Shown: in pieces, positions 51,762 to 62,359 of the stretch | Numbering within the stretch: position 1 is the first letter of the stretch | Layout of the letters: each line of letters opens with the position of its first letter | Origin: Mycoplasmatota bacterium | GTDB lineage: Bacteria > Bacillota_I > Bacilli_A > MAG-NZ | NCBI GenBank assembly: GCA_018394315.1 | Contig: CP074575.1 | Coordinates: 1,272,615 to 1,336,614, forward strand | DNA: 64,000 nucleotides | Direction: 5' to 3' | The notes under the pieces: generated by a model | Database searches by the model: none | Told to the model about the DNA's origin: nothing | What the model saw: only the letters and a program-made list of their open reading frames with translations | Translations under genes and position numbers: made by a program

Positions 51762-52274
51762 TTGAATGAGATTCGCGAAATCGTAACTAAAGCAGTTGTC
51801 GGTAAGGGTAAGAAAAAATTCAACTTAGTTGAACGAGTAAACCCAGCTAACAAGGCCTTTAGTGTTCTAGGATGCTGGATAATCAATAATGATTTTAGGG
51901 CTCTTAAATCTAACTCTGAAGTTAATTTAAAAGGGTCTTTTGAGATAAATATTTGGTATTCTTACGATAATAATTCTAAAACTGATGTAACAAAGAAAGT
52001 AATTACATACAGCAATGTCATTCCAACAACAAAAGTTGTTAATGATACGTTAGGTTCACCTGAGGAAGTTACTGTTAGAATGCTACAGCAACCTACTTGT
52101 GTAGATGCTAAAATAACAGGTGATTCGATTGAAGTAGAAGTGATTTATGAAGCAGTAGCAGAAGTGATTGGAGAAACAAAAATGAAAGTAACGGTTTTTG
52201 ATCAATCTGATCAGTACATCGAAGAAGAAGATTTTGATTTAGATATCGATGAAAACTTCATTTCTGAAGTTTAA
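51762..52274 (+). CDS. cotE: outer spore coat morphogenetic protein CotE
   Basis: REIVTKAVVGKGKK, LGCWIIN, INIWYSY, QQPTC, EVIGETK, acidic tail. Confidence 0.93.
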   Translation: MNEIREIVTKAVVGKGKKKFNLVERVNPANKAFSVLGCWIINNDFRALKSNSEVNLKGSFEINIWYSYDNNSKTDVTKKVITYSNVIPTTKVVNDTLGSPEEVTVRMLQQPTCVDAKITGDSIEVEVIYEAVAEVIGETKMKVTVFDQSDQYIEEEDFDLDIDENFISEV

Positions 52275-52392
52275 GGAATCGTTGGATAACCAACGATTTT
52301 TTTTTGTTAAAAAAATATCATTATTCTTAAATACAGGATGTTTCAGAAAGAAATTTAATTTATAGGTTATAATATTAAAGATAGGAGGAAAA

Positions 52393-52914
52393 ATGAAACT
52401 GACTGTAAAAGAAATGACAAATGTAGTGATTTTCCCTACTTTAATGATAGCAACTGCAGGTTTTACCATTACTTTAGTTGGTGCACCTATAACATTACAA
52501 ACTTTATTTGTGTTATTATCGGGAATGGTTCTTGGAGCAAGACTAGGGTTTATTAGTATGGTTCTTTATATACTATTAGGTCTTATTGGATTGCCTGTCT
52601 TTGCAAATTTTCAAGGAGGTTATGGTGTGATTTTCGGCCCTAGTGGTGGATTTATTTTATCATTTCCGATTGCCTCATTAGTAGCAGGGCTGTTGACTAA
52701 GTATGATAATAAGTATTCTTACATAATTTCTAGTCTAGCAGCAACTTTTATTATTTATTTAATAGGAATTCCTTGGATGGCTTATATCCTTGGATGGAGA
52801 TTAACAGAAACAATAGGTTATATGACTGTTTATTTTCCTGGTGATGTGGGCAAGATAATTTTAGCTATCTTAATATCTAATAGGCTTATCAGACACAATG
52901 TGATACAGACATAA
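52393..52914 (+). CDS. bioY: biotin transporter S component BioY
   Basis: PITLQT, YILLGLIGLPVFA, GPSGGFI, PGD..K. Confidence 0.92.
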   Translation: MKLTVKEMTNVVIFPTLMIATAGFTITLVGAPITLQTLFVLLSGMVLGARLGFISMVLYILLGLIGLPVFANFQGGYGVIFGPSGGFILSFPIASLVAGLLTKYDNKYSYIISSLAATFIIYLIGIPWMAYILGWRLTETIGYMTVYFPGDVGKIILAILISNRLIRHNVIQT

Positions 52915-53221
52915 TATTTTCTCCTAGACAAAGAAGAAAAATTCTATTATACCCATAATTAAAATAGTAAAATTAAAGAAATATAAATCTAGATTCACTA
53001 TAAGATTACTATATTATGTCAAATTATATAAGAGAAATCTTTTATCATTTTACTTATAATAGTTACAATAATAAAATTTAAACCGAGAATGTTATCATAA
53101 AGTGTATAATTTGATTCTCTAAGAAATACTAATTTGCTATCAATAGTAGTAAAATGTATAATAAATAGTAAGTTATGACATTGACAATGTTAGGTTTTTG
53201 AAAATTGAAAGGAGGAAATGT

Positions 53222-54142
53222 ATGAGGAATTATTACATTAAAAGAATTATCTCTACAATATTGACTTTACTTTTAGTAGCTACCATTACATTTATTTTGA
53301 TGAGGTCTATTCCTGGTGGCCCTTTTACTCGTGAAAAGTTTATTCCGGATGAGATTATAAGGATATTAGAAGAAAAGTACAATTTGAATGACCCACCACT
53401 TAAACAATATTTTGATTATATGAAAGGTCTTGTAACATTTGATTTAGGACCATCATTTTCATTGATAGGTTTTAAAGTAGAAGAGATGATTGCAAGTGGT
53501 TTCCCGTTAAGTGCTAAAATTGGTGGTATGGCATCACTACTAATTATTATTGTTGGGATACCGGTTGGTATAATATCAGCACTTAAGCAAAATAGACCAA
53601 TAGACTATTTTGTAATGTTTACTGCCACTATACTTGTTACAGTACCAAGTTTTGTTATTGCAACATTAATAATATATTTCTTTGCCCTTCGGTGGGGAAT
53701 ATTACCAACATTTGGTAATACAGCACCACTATGGTATATAGGACCAGTTATAGCATTATCTGGTTACAGTTTGAGTTTTGTAGCTAGATTAACAAGATCG
53801 AGTATGCTAGAGGTTCTAAGACAAGATTATGTTAGAACTGCAAGAGCGAATGGACTTAGTGAATTTAAGGTTATAGGGAAACATGCGCTTAAGAATGCGT
53901 TGATTCCTGTAGTGACTTATATTGGACCAATGGTTGCAGCGATTCTGACAGGTTCATTTGTAATTGAAAAAATATTTGCATTACCAGGTATCGGTAGATA
54001 CTTTGTCGATAGTGTTGGTAACCGTGATTATACTGTAATAATGGGTATGACGGTGTTCTATGCTGCTTTCTACATTGTTATGGTATTTATCGTAGATATC
54101 ATATATTCACTAATTGATCCAAGAATTAAGATTGATGGTTAG
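53222..54142 (+). CDS. oppB: oligopeptide ABC permease
   Basis: IPGGPF, DLGPS, RLTRSSMLEVL.QDYVRTARA, HALKNA, DPRI. Confidence 0.93.
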   Translation: MRNYYIKRIISTILTLLLVATITFILMRSIPGGPFTREKFIPDEIIRILEEKYNLNDPPLKQYFDYMKGLVTFDLGPSFSLIGFKVEEMIASGFPLSAKIGGMASLLIIIVGIPVGIISALKQNRPIDYFVMFTATILVTVPSFVIATLIIYFFALRWGILPTFGNTAPLWYIGPVIALSGYSLSFVARLTRSSMLEVLRQDYVRTARANGLSEFKVIGKHALKNALIPVVTYIGPMVAAILTGSFVIEKIFALPGIGRYFVDSVGNRDYTVIMGMTVFYAAFYIVMVFIVDIIYSLIDPRIKIDG

Positions 54143-54156
54143 GAAGGTGAGGAAAA

Positions 54157-55365
54157 ATGACTAATAATAAATTTGAATTTGTTGATAAATCGTCAAAGCT
54201 TGATAATGAGCAGTTAAGACCAAGCCTTACTTACTGGCAAGATGCGTGGAGAAGACTTAGAAAGAATAAACTAGCAATGTTTGGTCTGGTTGGTGTTTTT
54301 GTAATTGTATTATTTGGTATATTCGGTCCTGCATTTACACCTTACTCTTACGAAGATCAAGAGTTAGATTTCATGAATATGCCTCCGAAATTAGATATCC
54401 ATGATTTAGGAGATGATTTAAACTTCTATTTATCAAGAGAATATCGATTAATATTATTAAATGATGATAATGAGGCAGTAAGACGATTTGATCTAATTGA
54501 TAAAGACATAATAAATAAGCTCTACACCTATGACTTTAATAACAATAAAGAAGTAGACGATGATGACGTTATAATTGACTTCTCTTATAAATTAAATGAA
54601 GAAAAAAGAGCAGAAGCTGGAGTAGACTTTAGTATTACGTATAAAGGTAAAGAATATTTTGAATTCACAGATACTGTTAGGAATGAATCTTATCCGTGGG
54701 GTACTGACCAATTAGGAAGAGATATTTTAACTCGAGTTATGTATGGCGCGAGAATTTCCTTAACTGTTGCATTAGTTGCGACGTTAGTTAATTTATTGAT
54801 TGGAGTTACTTATGGAAGTATCGCTGGCTACGAAGGTGGAAATACAGATAATATTATGATGCGTATTGTAGATATAATTAATTCAATTCCGTTAGTTCTA
54901 TACGTTATTTTATTAATGGTACTTTTAAATGATAGTGGTTTGTATACTATTATCCTTGCACTTGGAACTGTTTATTGGGTTAATATGGCTAGACTTGTTC
55001 GGGGACAAGTTTTAGGGTTGAAGGAACAAGAATATGTCCTAGCAGCAAGAACTATGGGTGTTAAAAAAGGTAAAATAATCTTAAGGCATTTAATACCTAA
55101 TGCTATGGGACCAATTATAGTATCAATGACTATGATGATTCCAAGTGCTGTATTCACAGAGTCATTCTTAAGTTTCATTGGTATAGGAGTATCAGCACCA
55201 CAAGCCTCATGGGGAACATTAGCAAATGATGCATTAGGTGGATTAACTTCATTTCCATATCAATTGTTCTTCCCTGCTTCAGCAATCGCGATCACAATGC
55301 TTGCTTTTAACTTCTTAGGCGACGGCTTAAGAGATGCATTAGATCCAAGATTAAGAAAAGGATAG
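54157..55365 (+). CDS. oppC: oligopeptide ABC permease with inserted extracellular domain
   Basis: YWQDAWRRLRKNKLA, GTDQLGRD, EYVLAA, HLIPN, GDGLRDALDP. Confidence 0.93.
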   Translation: MTNNKFEFVDKSSKLDNEQLRPSLTYWQDAWRRLRKNKLAMFGLVGVFVIVLFGIFGPAFTPYSYEDQELDFMNMPPKLDIHDLGDDLNFYLSREYRLILLNDDNEAVRRFDLIDKDIINKLYTYDFNNNKEVDDDDVIIDFSYKLNEEKRAEAGVDFSITYKGKEYFEFTDTVRNESYPWGTDQLGRDILTRVMYGARISLTVALVATLVNLLIGVTYGSIAGYEGGNTDNIMMRIVDIINSIPLVLYVILLMVLLNDSGLYTIILALGTVYWVNMARLVRGQVLGLKEQEYVLAARTMGVKKGKIILRHLIPNAMGPIIVSMTMMIPSAVFTESFLSFIGIGVSAPQASWGTLANDALGGLTSFPYQLFFPASAIAITMLAFNFLGDGLRDALDPRLRKG

Positions 55366-55376
55366 GAGGAAATAGA

Positions 55377-56399
55377 ATGAAAACTTTATTAAAAGTAGAA
55401 AATTTAAAAACCTCTTTCTATACTCATCTTGGTGAGGTTCAAGCGGTTAGAGGCATAAGTTTTGAATTAAATGAGGGAGATATATTAGGCATCGTTGGAG
55501 AAAGTGGAAGTGGTAAAAGTGTCACTTCATTATCTGTAATGGGACTAATAGATGAACCTGGCGTAATAAAAGAGGAAAGTAGTATTGTATTTGATGATAT
55601 AGAGTTGACAGAACTTAATAAACGTGAAATGTCAAATTTACGTGGAAATGAAATAGCAATGATTTTCCAAGATCCAATGACTAGTTTAAATCCTGTTTAC
55701 TCAATCAAAAATCAAATGACCGAGGTAATAAGAAAACATACTAATATGACTAAAAGTGAAGCGTTAGAGCGTGCTATCGAATTACTTCACATGGTAGGAA
55801 TTCCAGAACCAGAAATAAGAATAAAAGGTTTTCCACATCAATTCTCAGGTGGGATGAGACAGCGTGCTTTAATCGCAACTGCGCTCAGTTGTAATCCTAA
55901 GTTGTTAATTGCGGATGAGCCTACAACTGCATTAGATGTTACTATACAAGCTCAAATTTTAGACTTGATGAGAGATTTACAAAACAAACTGAATACTTCA
56001 ATTATTTTAATTACACATGACTTGGGGGTTATTGCTGAAGTATGTAATAAAGTGGTTGTAATGTATGGTGGAATGATAATGGAAAAAGGAACTATCGAAG
56101 AAATTTTCTATAAACCTCAACATCCATATACAAAGGGACTTCACAAGTCTATTCCAAAGGTTAATTTAAATCAAAAAGAGAGACTAGTTCCAATTGAAGG
56201 ATCACCACCGGATTTAATGGCACCACCTTCTGGTTGTCCTTTCTCACCACGTTGCCCACATGCGATGAAGATTTGTATAGAGAAGGCTTCACCTTTGTTC
56301 AACATTAGTGAATCACAACGTTCTTCATGTTGGTTACATGATCAAAATTCACCTCAGGTTGAAGGTTTTGTTAAAGTAAAGGGGGATAAATATGAGTAA
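55377..56399 (+). CDS. oppD: oligopeptide ABC ATPase
   Basis: GESGSGKS, FQDPMTSLNP, FSGGMRQR, DEPTTALD. Confidence 0.94.
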   Translation: MKTLLKVENLKTSFYTHLGEVQAVRGISFELNEGDILGIVGESGSGKSVTSLSVMGLIDEPGVIKEESSIVFDDIELTELNKREMSNLRGNEIAMIFQDPMTSLNPVYSIKNQMTEVIRKHTNMTKSEALERAIELLHMVGIPEPEIRIKGFPHQFSGGMRQRALIATALSCNPKLLIADEPTTALDVTIQAQILDLMRDLQNKLNTSIILITHDLGVIAEVCNKVVVMYGGMIMEKGTIEEIFYKPQHPYTKGLHKSIPKVNLNQKERLVPIEGSPPDLMAPPSGCPFSPRCPHAMKICIEKASPLFNISESQRSSCWLHDQNSPQVEGFVKVKGDKYE

Positions 56400-57384
56400 T
56401 CAAAAACCCTTAATTGAAGTAAAAAATCTTAAAAAACATTTCTATGTTGGTAGAAGTCTTTGGAAGAAATCGAAAAATGTATTAACTGCAGTTGATGGAC
56501 TTAACTTTTATATCAATAGAGGTGAGACATTTGGTTTAGTTGGTGAAAGTGGATGTGGTAAATCAACTACAGGACGTACTATTGTAAGATTATATGACCC
56601 AACTGATGGTGAAATTATATATGATGGTGTAGATATAGCTAGATTGAGTGCGAAAGAAATGATGACTTATCGTAAGAAGATTCAGATGATATTCCAAGAT
56701 CCGTATGCTTCTTTAAACGGAAGAATGACAGTGACTGATATTATTGGAGAAGGAATTGATACCCACAAAATATTAACTGGCGACGCTAGACAAAAAAGGA
56801 TTTATGAATTATTGGAACGTGTAGGATTAAAGAGAGAACATGCAAGTAGATATCCACATGAATTTTCTGGTGGACAACGACAAAGAATTGGTATCGCAAG
56901 AGCATTAGCTATTGAACCAGAATTAATAATATGTGATGAACCTATTTCTGCATTAGATGTATCAATTCAAGCTCAAGTTGTTAACATGTTAGAAGATTTA
57001 CAGGATGAAATGGGACTTACATATCTATTTATTGCTCACGACTTGTCTATGGTAAAGCATATCTCTGATAGAATAGGCGTAATGTATTTAGGAAAAATGA
57101 TGGAGCTTGCTACTAGTGATGAACTTTACAATAATCCACTTCATCCCTATACTCAGGCATTATTATCTTCTATACCTGTGCCGGATCCGAATGCTGCAAA
57201 AGATAAAAGGATTATATTAGAAGGCGATGTAGGAAGTCCAATTAACCCAACTCCTGGTTGTAGATTTGCTTCACGTTGTAGATACTGCCAGGATAATTGT
57301 AAAACAGAAACTCCAAAGTTTAGAGAAATTCTAAAAGGTCATTTTGTTGCTTGTCATTATGCTGAGAAAATAAATAATTTATAA
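56392..57384 (+). CDS. oppF: oligopeptide ABC ATPase
   Basis: GESGCGKST, FQDPYASL, FSGGQRQR, DEPISALD. Confidence 0.94.
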   Translation: MSNQKPLIEVKNLKKHFYVGRSLWKKSKNVLTAVDGLNFYINRGETFGLVGESGCGKSTTGRTIVRLYDPTDGEIIYDGVDIARLSAKEMMTYRKKIQMIFQDPYASLNGRMTVTDIIGEGIDTHKILTGDARQKRIYELLERVGLKREHASRYPHEFSGGQRQRIGIARALAIEPELIICDEPISALDVSIQAQVVNMLEDLQDEMGLTYLFIAHDLSMVKHISDRIGVMYLGKMMELATSDELYNNPLHPYTQALLSSIPVPDPNAAKDKRIILEGDVGSPINPTPGCRFASRCRYCQDNCKTETPKFREILKGHFVACHYAEKINNL

Positions 57385-57639
57385 TCTAGAGTTAATTGAG
57401 GATATTTTAATGTCCTCTTTTTTTTGTAATATATATTGTGTTAGAACTATATAATATCTTCCCATAAATCGACAATAATCGCATATATGGACATCTACAA
57501 ATGAATTTTATAAAAATATATAAAAAGTTTTATGTTACAGCTGGATTTTCTTGCCAAAAACTTGACTAGATTTAGAAAACGCTATACACTGTATGTAATA
57601 CTTGTTACGAAAAGTATAAAAATTAAGAAGGAGAGAAAT

Positions 57640-59253
57640 ATGAAAAAAATATTAGCGTTATTGTTAAGTTTAACTTTAGTATTTTCATTAGTTGCATGTG
57701 GCGACAAGGAAACTGAAACAGATGATCCTGCTGTATTCAACTGGAACATTGGTGCTGACCCTAAGACATTAGATCCATCATTAAATGGTGCTAGTGACGG
57801 TGGAGACGTTATAAACAATACATTTGAAGGTTTAGTTAGAGAGTTTAATGGTGAGGTATTACCAGGAATAGCTGAATCTTGGGAATTTTCTCCTGATGGA
57901 AAAACCATTACATTCCATTTAAGAGAGTCAAAATGGTCTAATGGTGACCCATTAACTGCACATGACTTCGTTTATGGGTGGAAACATGGTATGGATCCTT
58001 TAAGTGAATCTGAATATTCTTGGTTATGGGAATATACAAATGTTGTTGGTTCATTTGAAGCTGTAAATGGTGAATCTTTGGATGATGTAGGAATTGAAGC
58101 TACAGATGATCATACATTCGTTGTTCAATTAAAACAACCTACTGATTACTTTGTATCTTTAACAGCATTCTATCACTTTATGCCATTACACAAAGATTCA
58201 GTTGAAGCAGTAGCTGATGGTATGTGGGCAAAAACTCCAGAACATGCTGTGTCTAATGGTCCTTATATGTTAACATCGTATGAATTAGGTCAAGGTTTAA
58301 CACTAGAGAAAAATACTAATTATTGGAATGCAGACAATGTACACATTGATACAATTGATGCCAAATTTATTGATGAAGAGTCTACAGCATATGCCGCGTT
58401 CCAAAATGGTGATTTAGATTATATACCTGACGTTCCTCCTAGTGAAATAACAAGATTGATTGCCGAAGATGAACAATATTACGTATTCCCATTATTAGGT
58501 ACTTACTATTATTCATTTAATCTAGATAGAGAGTTATGGCAAAATGATGATTTAAGAAAAGCGTTTGTTTTAGCAATAGATAGAGAAGCTATCGTTGAAG
58601 CAGTAGGTGGAATTGCTACTCCGGCTACTGGTGTTGTCCCTCCAGGATTTACTGATCATGAAGGTAGAGACTTCTATGAGACTGCAGGAGCATTCGGTAT
58701 TGAAACTGATGATAGTCAATTCGATGAAGCAAGAGAATTATTAGCTACAGCAGGATATCCAAATGGTGAAGGATTCCCAACTGATTTAGTGCTTATTTAT
58801 AACACTCGTGATGATCACAAATTAATTGCTGAAACAGTTCAACAAATGTGGAAAGAAAACTTAGGTATCGAAATAGAAATCCAAAACATGGAGTGGGCTG
58901 TATTCCAAGGAACTAGAAAAGCTGGTGACTTTGATATTTCTCGTGGTGGATGGTTAACTGATTACATGGATCCATCTGGTATGTTAAGTTTATTTACTTC
59001 TAACAATGACTATAATGATCCGAACTTCTATAATGATGAATATGATCAATTAATGGAAGATTCGATGAAAGCTACTGATAAAGCTGTACACTTTGAGAAA
59101 TTGTACGCTGCTCAAGAAGTATTCATGGAAGTATTACCAATCGTTCCAGTATATCACTATGCTGATGATATGTACGTTAAAAATTACGTAAAAGACTGGG
59201 GAAGATCTGTATTAGGTTCTGTTGACTTCTCAAGAGCTAGAATTGAAAAATAA
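57640..59253 (+). CDS. oppA: oligopeptide-binding lipoprotein
   Basis: lipobox LVAC, TLDP, FEGL, WSNG, SNGPY; own TTGACT-N17-TACACT promoter at 57562-57590 and AAGGAG RBS. Confidence 0.92.
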   Translation: MKKILALLLSLTLVFSLVACGDKETETDDPAVFNWNIGADPKTLDPSLNGASDGGDVINNTFEGLVREFNGEVLPGIAESWEFSPDGKTITFHLRESKWSNGDPLTAHDFVYGWKHGMDPLSESEYSWLWEYTNVVGSFEAVNGESLDDVGIEATDDHTFVVQLKQPTDYFVSLTAFYHFMPLHKDSVEAVADGMWAKTPEHAVSNGPYMLTSYELGQGLTLEKNTNYWNADNVHIDTIDAKFIDEESTAYAAFQNGDLDYIPDVPPSEITRLIAEDEQYYVFPLLGTYYYSFNLDRELWQNDDLRKAFVLAIDREAIVEAVGGIATPATGVVPPGFTDHEGRDFYETAGAFGIETDDSQFDEARELLATAGYPNGEGFPTDLVLIYNTRDDHKLIAETVQQMWKENLGIEIEIQNMEWAVFQGTRKAGDFDISRGGWLTDYMDPSGMLSLFTSNNDYNDPNFYNDEYDQLMEDSMKATDKAVHFEKLYAAQEVFMEVLPIVPVYHYADDMYVKNYVKDWGRSVLGSVDFSRARIEK

Positions 59254-59376
59254 AAATTATTAAAGGGGAATCTTACTGATTCTCCTTTTTTAACCAAAAA
59301 CTAGACTATTGTCAAAAACACTAAAAAAGGATATAATTTAATATAATACTCAAGAAGCATATTAAAGAAATGTTAG

Positions 59377-61143
59377 GTGACAAAAATGAAAGAAAATGAA
59401 CGAAGATTTTTAATCAAGGATATAATAAAACTTTCTAAATTACCCTCAGTTCTAATTAATAATGTTCTCAAAGAAAAAGAGACTTTCTTATCAAAAAGAT
59501 TACTTTGTTATATTTTGGCGCAACAAATTAATATCCAAGTTTCTAATGATAAGGATTTGTCTAGTTTAAGAGGATACGTTGGAGAACTAGAAGATTATAC
59601 TTTGCAACAACTTATTAATTTCGCTGATATTCATAGTATAAGTATAGATCCTAGTGATTTGAAATTTAGAATATGGACAGTGATATTTAATAACCTTGAT
59701 GAACTAAATATTGAAAACGAATTAATAGAAAAATACTTAAATAATACACAATATCGTTTTGAGTATGCAAAAGATATTTTTTTGACATTAGATCAATTTA
59801 TTGATGAAGATAATGATATTGATGGACAACCATTTATTGTTGCTAGAGAGAGTTTGCTTAGATTTTCTACTCGTGAAGAGATAATTTCACTTGGAAAGCA
59901 TCTAGGTATTCATGTTCCTAAAAAATTATCGAAAGATTCATTTATTGAAAATATTATTCAAAAACTAGAAGATGATTCCGCGGAACTTAGGGAAGAGTTA
60001 AGTGAATTAACTCTACCAGAGCTGGAAGAATATGCTGATGAGAACTTTTTGGGACTCAATGCTAAGCTCAGTGTTAAAGATATAATTAATTACATATTGA
60101 ATGATTATCAGTCTCCAACTGATAAAGCTACAACTATAGAATATATTAACTATCTCCAAATACCTTCACTTAATTCAGGGTTTATTGAAGATGAAAATAG
60201 AAATATTGAAGACTTAAGACCTAAAAATGTATTAGATGAATCTTTACTTGATATGATCTCCCAAATAATTAGAGGAGAAGACTATTCAAGCAACGACGAT
60301 ATTTCTGAAGAGAAATCTAAAGTAGAGTTAGATAAAGTAATAGATAAAATTGTTCAAGGTAATGTTTCAAACAAAAAAGAGGATAATGAGGATTTTGATG
60401 TAGAGGACAAGACTTCAGATAAAATTAGCTCTAGAGAACAAGAATTAATGGAACGTTTAGATAGGTTAGAGAATCAATTATCAAAACCTATTGAACCAAA
60501 ATATAAGCAAGAAAACAGCAATGTTATATTAAGTAATGAATTACTGAAAAAATTTGATGAACTAGAGAAGAAGCTTTTTTCTGAACGTAATTCAATTGAA
60601 GTGAAGAGTGATGACTTAGAGAATAAAGATGATACAATCTTATTGGCTAAAATTGATGAATTAGAGAAGAAACTTTCTTTATTAAATGATGAGCCTAAAA
60701 TTGATGAAAGTAAAAATACCGACTTATTGAAGAGACTAAATGAACTAGAAAATAAAATTTCTGAAGTATCTAACAACGAGGTTGACATAGAAGAAGAATA
60801 TGATAATGGGGATTACGTGTATCAAATAAATGAAGAGCCAAATGAGAATTATGAAATGAGTTATGAATTGAAACCAAAGACAGAATCGGATGGACTCGTT
60901 AATAAGTTTGATCCGTTGACTACCGAGAATCAAATAGAAGAGGAAATAGATATCTCAGTAGAGGATGAATCTTCAATTGAGAGTTACATTGAAGAAATTC
61001 ATTCCGCAAAAGGTAAGGAATCTCTGAAAGTGAGACGTAGGAAAACTATTCTACCAATAGTTGTTTTTTGGAAAGCACTCGTGATTTGGGCATTAATAAA
61101 TGCCATTGGTGCAACTATATTTATAATTAATGATTTAATATAA
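59377..61143 (+). CDS. hypothetical acidic protein with helical repeats and a C-terminal TM segment
   Basis: 588 aa; four LxxR/KxxxLExxL repeats; RRRK followed by hydrophobic tail. Confidence 0.7.
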   Translation: MTKMKENERRFLIKDIIKLSKLPSVLINNVLKEKETFLSKRLLCYILAQQINIQVSNDKDLSSLRGYVGELEDYTLQQLINFADIHSISIDPSDLKFRIWTVIFNNLDELNIENELIEKYLNNTQYRFEYAKDIFLTLDQFIDEDNDIDGQPFIVARESLLRFSTREEIISLGKHLGIHVPKKLSKDSFIENIIQKLEDDSAELREELSELTLPELEEYADENFLGLNAKLSVKDIINYILNDYQSPTDKATTIEYINYLQIPSLNSGFIEDENRNIEDLRPKNVLDESLLDMISQIIRGEDYSSNDDISEEKSKVELDKVIDKIVQGNVSNKKEDNEDFDVEDKTSDKISSREQELMERLDRLENQLSKPIEPKYKQENSNVILSNELLKKFDELEKKLFSERNSIEVKSDDLENKDDTILLAKIDELEKKLSLLNDEPKIDESKNTDLLKRLNELENKISEVSNNEVDIEEEYDNGDYVYQINEEPNENYEMSYELKPKTESDGLVNKFDPLTTENQIEEEIDISVEDESSIESYIEEIHSAKGKESLKVRRRKTILPIVVFWKALVIWALINAIGATIFIINDLI

Positions 61144-61183
61144 TAAAGACTGTGTGAAGACACAGTTTTTTATGAGGTGAAAT

Positions 61184-61810
61184 ATGTGTAAGATTTGCGG
61201 AGCAAAAACTATTGTTGAATACGATAAGGATATGAAATGTCATGTTCATTTTTGTAATGAATGTGGCTTTATATTTAAAAGTGAGAATGATTATATAGAT
61301 CAATCAACAGAAAAAGATCGTTATTCTAAACATAACAATAATTTTGAAAATGTAGGCTATGTAAATATGTTTGAGAAATTTTTAGATAAAATTGATGATT
61401 TTATTTCTTATGAGGGTTATATTCTAGATTACGGGTGTGGTCCCGGACCAGTTTTAAGTGAAATGATGTCAGCTAGAGGAGCGAAAATTAAGACTTATGA
61501 CTTATATTTCCCTCATTCTGAGGATTATCATGAATATGTATATGATATAATAACACTAACTGAGGTTATTGAACATTTTAAAGATCCTTTGTTAGAACTT
61601 AATAAAATTTTAGACCTCTTGAAAAAGAATGGCCTCCTTGTTATTCAAACTTTGTTCATTCAAAAACCATTTTTGAAATGGTGGTATAGAAGAGATCATA
61701 CACATATTTCTTTTTTTGATAATAAAGTATTCGAAAAAATTTCGGAAATATTCAATCTTAAGGTAACTTATACTGATAATCATAATATAATAATTTTACA
61801 AAAATTATAA
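61184..61810 (+). CDS. class I SAM methyltransferase with N-terminal zinc-binding cysteines
   Basis: CKICG...CNECG, LDYGCGPGP, EVIEH, WWYRRDHTH. Confidence 0.85.
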   Translation: MCKICGAKTIVEYDKDMKCHVHFCNECGFIFKSENDYIDQSTEKDRYSKHNNNFENVGYVNMFEKFLDKIDDFISYEGYILDYGCGPGPVLSEMMSARGAKIKTYDLYFPHSEDYHEYVYDIITLTEVIEHFKDPLLELNKILDLLKKNGLLVIQTLFIQKPFLKWWYRRDHTHISFFDNKVFEKISEIFNLKVTYTDNHNIIILQKL

Positions 61811-61862
61811 ACTATGTATCTTCACTTTCATATATTAAAGTAGAATGTATGGGAGTGATAAA

Positions 61863-62345
61863 ATGATTTTTCATATCGTTAAACAGAGTGATACAATTAA
61901 AGATTTGATCTTCAAGTATGGAGTTGATAAATCTGAAATAATATCAAGTAATCAACATATTAGTAATTGGGATACTTTGATTCCAGGTGTTAAATTAAAA
62001 ATTCCGATAATTAATGAAAGATTGATTGAACATCTTGATGAAGTAGAACCATTTATTGAAGATTATTATTCAAAACAAGAGGACGATATTACTTATGGTG
62101 TAGATGAGCAGGTTGAGTTTAATAATGAAGATACTGAGAGCTCAGTTGAAGAAGTTGGTAATGAAAATAGTAGCGAGAGTATAAGTAGTGAAGAAGTCAC
62201 TGTGAAAGATGAAAAAAAAGAAGTAAATGTTGAGGAATTTGCTAAAAATATTAAGTATCCAAAGTATAATTATTATCGCATGTCAAATCCACATTATCGT
62301 AATATTTACTATGACCCACGTAGTGGCAGATACTTTTACTTCTAA
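61863..62345 (+). CDS. LysM-domain spore coat assembly protein, SafA/ExsA-like
   Basis: HIVKQSDTI...KYGV...N.HISN...IPGVKLKIP N-terminal LysM; lies before ruvA as safA does; AC-N16-CATATATT mother-cell-like element at 61811-61836. Confidence 0.7.
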   Translation: MIFHIVKQSDTIKDLIFKYGVDKSEIISSNQHISNWDTLIPGVKLKIPIINERLIEHLDEVEPFIEDYYSKQEDDITYGVDEQVEFNNEDTESSVEEVGNENSSESISSEEVTVKDEKKEVNVEEFAKNIKYPKYNYYRMSNPHYRNIYYDPRSGRYFYF

Positions 62346-62359
62346 TTATAGGAGGATTT

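Noticed and set aside
52915..53221. Riboswitch or sRNA upstream of oppB
   Set aside because: Very AT-rich, with several -10-like hexamers but no stable structure or known motif that I can support.
60440..60765. Possible DNA repeat or CRISPR-like array
   Set aside because: The similarity is at protein level inside a CDS; no identical nucleotide repeats with spacers, and no cas genes.
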